A program made the translations under genes and the position numbers. From a virus: a DNA stretch of 64,000 bases. Numbering within the stretch: position 1 is the stretch's first letter; each line of letters starts with the position of its first letter. Where the stretch lies: the IMG/VR virus record IMGVR_UViG_3300036761_003779, positions 41,879 through 105,878 of that record. One strand, given 5' to 3'. The notes beneath the pieces were generated by a model that was not told the origin of the DNA, searched no databases, and saw only the letters and a program-made list of their open reading frames with translations. Positions 63,609 to 64,000 of this stretch are shown one piece after another.

Positions 63609-64000
63609 TAGCCGCATCCCGTTGTAGTTCCGCATGTCAAACACCTATGGCAGTTCCCGTTTGGTTCCGTGATGGCGCCGCAGTTCGAGCAGGGCGGCCC
63701 GGAGTCGTGGATCCGCCGCGTCACGTGCTCGACCGCCGCCTCGAGCGCCTCCGCGACCGTGGCGCCGCCCGCGGGCTTCTCCGCCGCCCCGAACCGCCCA
63801 CCCGGGAAGCGCCGCTCCACCCAGCGGACCAGGTAGTCGAGCGGGGAGGTCACCGCGCCGATGTCCGGGTTGTCCGAGTAGCCGAAGGGCTCGAAGCGCG
63901 TCCGCCGGAACTTCTCCGCCAGGTCGTCCCAGGGGACCCCGTACTGGAGCGCAATCGAGATCGAGGTGGCCCAGGCGTCCATGAGGCCCCGGACCGTGCT
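63608..64000 (-). CDS. nrdJ: Class II (B12-dependent) ribonucleotide reductase, C-terminal TSCPD and Zn-ribbon region (partial)
   Basis: STVRGLMDAWATSISIALQYGVP..KF..TRFEPFG..TSPLDY..CSNCG..NGNCHRCLTCGTTTGCG. Confidence 0.85.
   Translation of the reverse strand, partial: STVRGLMDAWATSISIALQYGVPWDDLAEKFRRTRFEPFGYSDNPDIGAVTSPLDYLVRWVERRFPGGRFGAAEKPAGGATVAEALEAAVEHVTRRIHDSGPPCSNCGAITEPNGNCHRCLTCGTTTGCG

Noticed and set aside
63635-63640. TTGACA in the recoded RNR tail as an HNH promoter
   Set aside because: No plausible -10 at 16-18 nt; TAATG translational coupling explains HNH expression.
1-64000. tRNA, rRNA or other known ncRNA genes
   Set aside because: None recognisable by eye; intergenic gaps are short apart from 55105-55487.

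Overview
This window is part of a very GC-rich tailed phage genome with a contractile tail (myovirus morphology). Almost all real genes are on the minus strand; most plus-strand and alternative-frame ORFs in the track are GC shadow ORFs. Reading from high to low coordinates: (i) a nucleotide-metabolism/early region (3' end of a class II ribonucleotide reductase, Ogg-like glycosylase, dCMP deaminase, DUF3310, ThyX, 5'-3' exonuclease, many small Zn-finger/HTH genes); (ii) a divergent terminase small/large pair; (iii) a PBSX-like head module (portal, gpF-like protein, XkdF-like protease/scaffold, major capsid); (iv) a long head/neck accessory cluster containing a poly-gamma-glutamate hydrolase; (v) neck, sheath, tube, frameshifted tail chaperone, tape measure, eCIS-like baseplate and a large fibre cluster; (vi) a holin/spanin-like cassette and a beta-helix tailspike gene that runs off the left edge and is absent from the ORF track. 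The most striking observation is two independent HNH endonuclease insertions. Each sits inside a nucleotide-metabolism gene and appears to repair it with a recoded, AT-rich copy of the piece it cut off: the RNR C-terminus LTCGTTTGCG occurs twice, and the dCMP deaminase N-terminal RLR(V/I)PRL occurs twice. One of these insertions is a self-contained terminator-promoter/operator-RHH-HNH cassette. Two weak clues point to a Myxococcota host. All family assignments come from motif recognition by eye, not from database searches.
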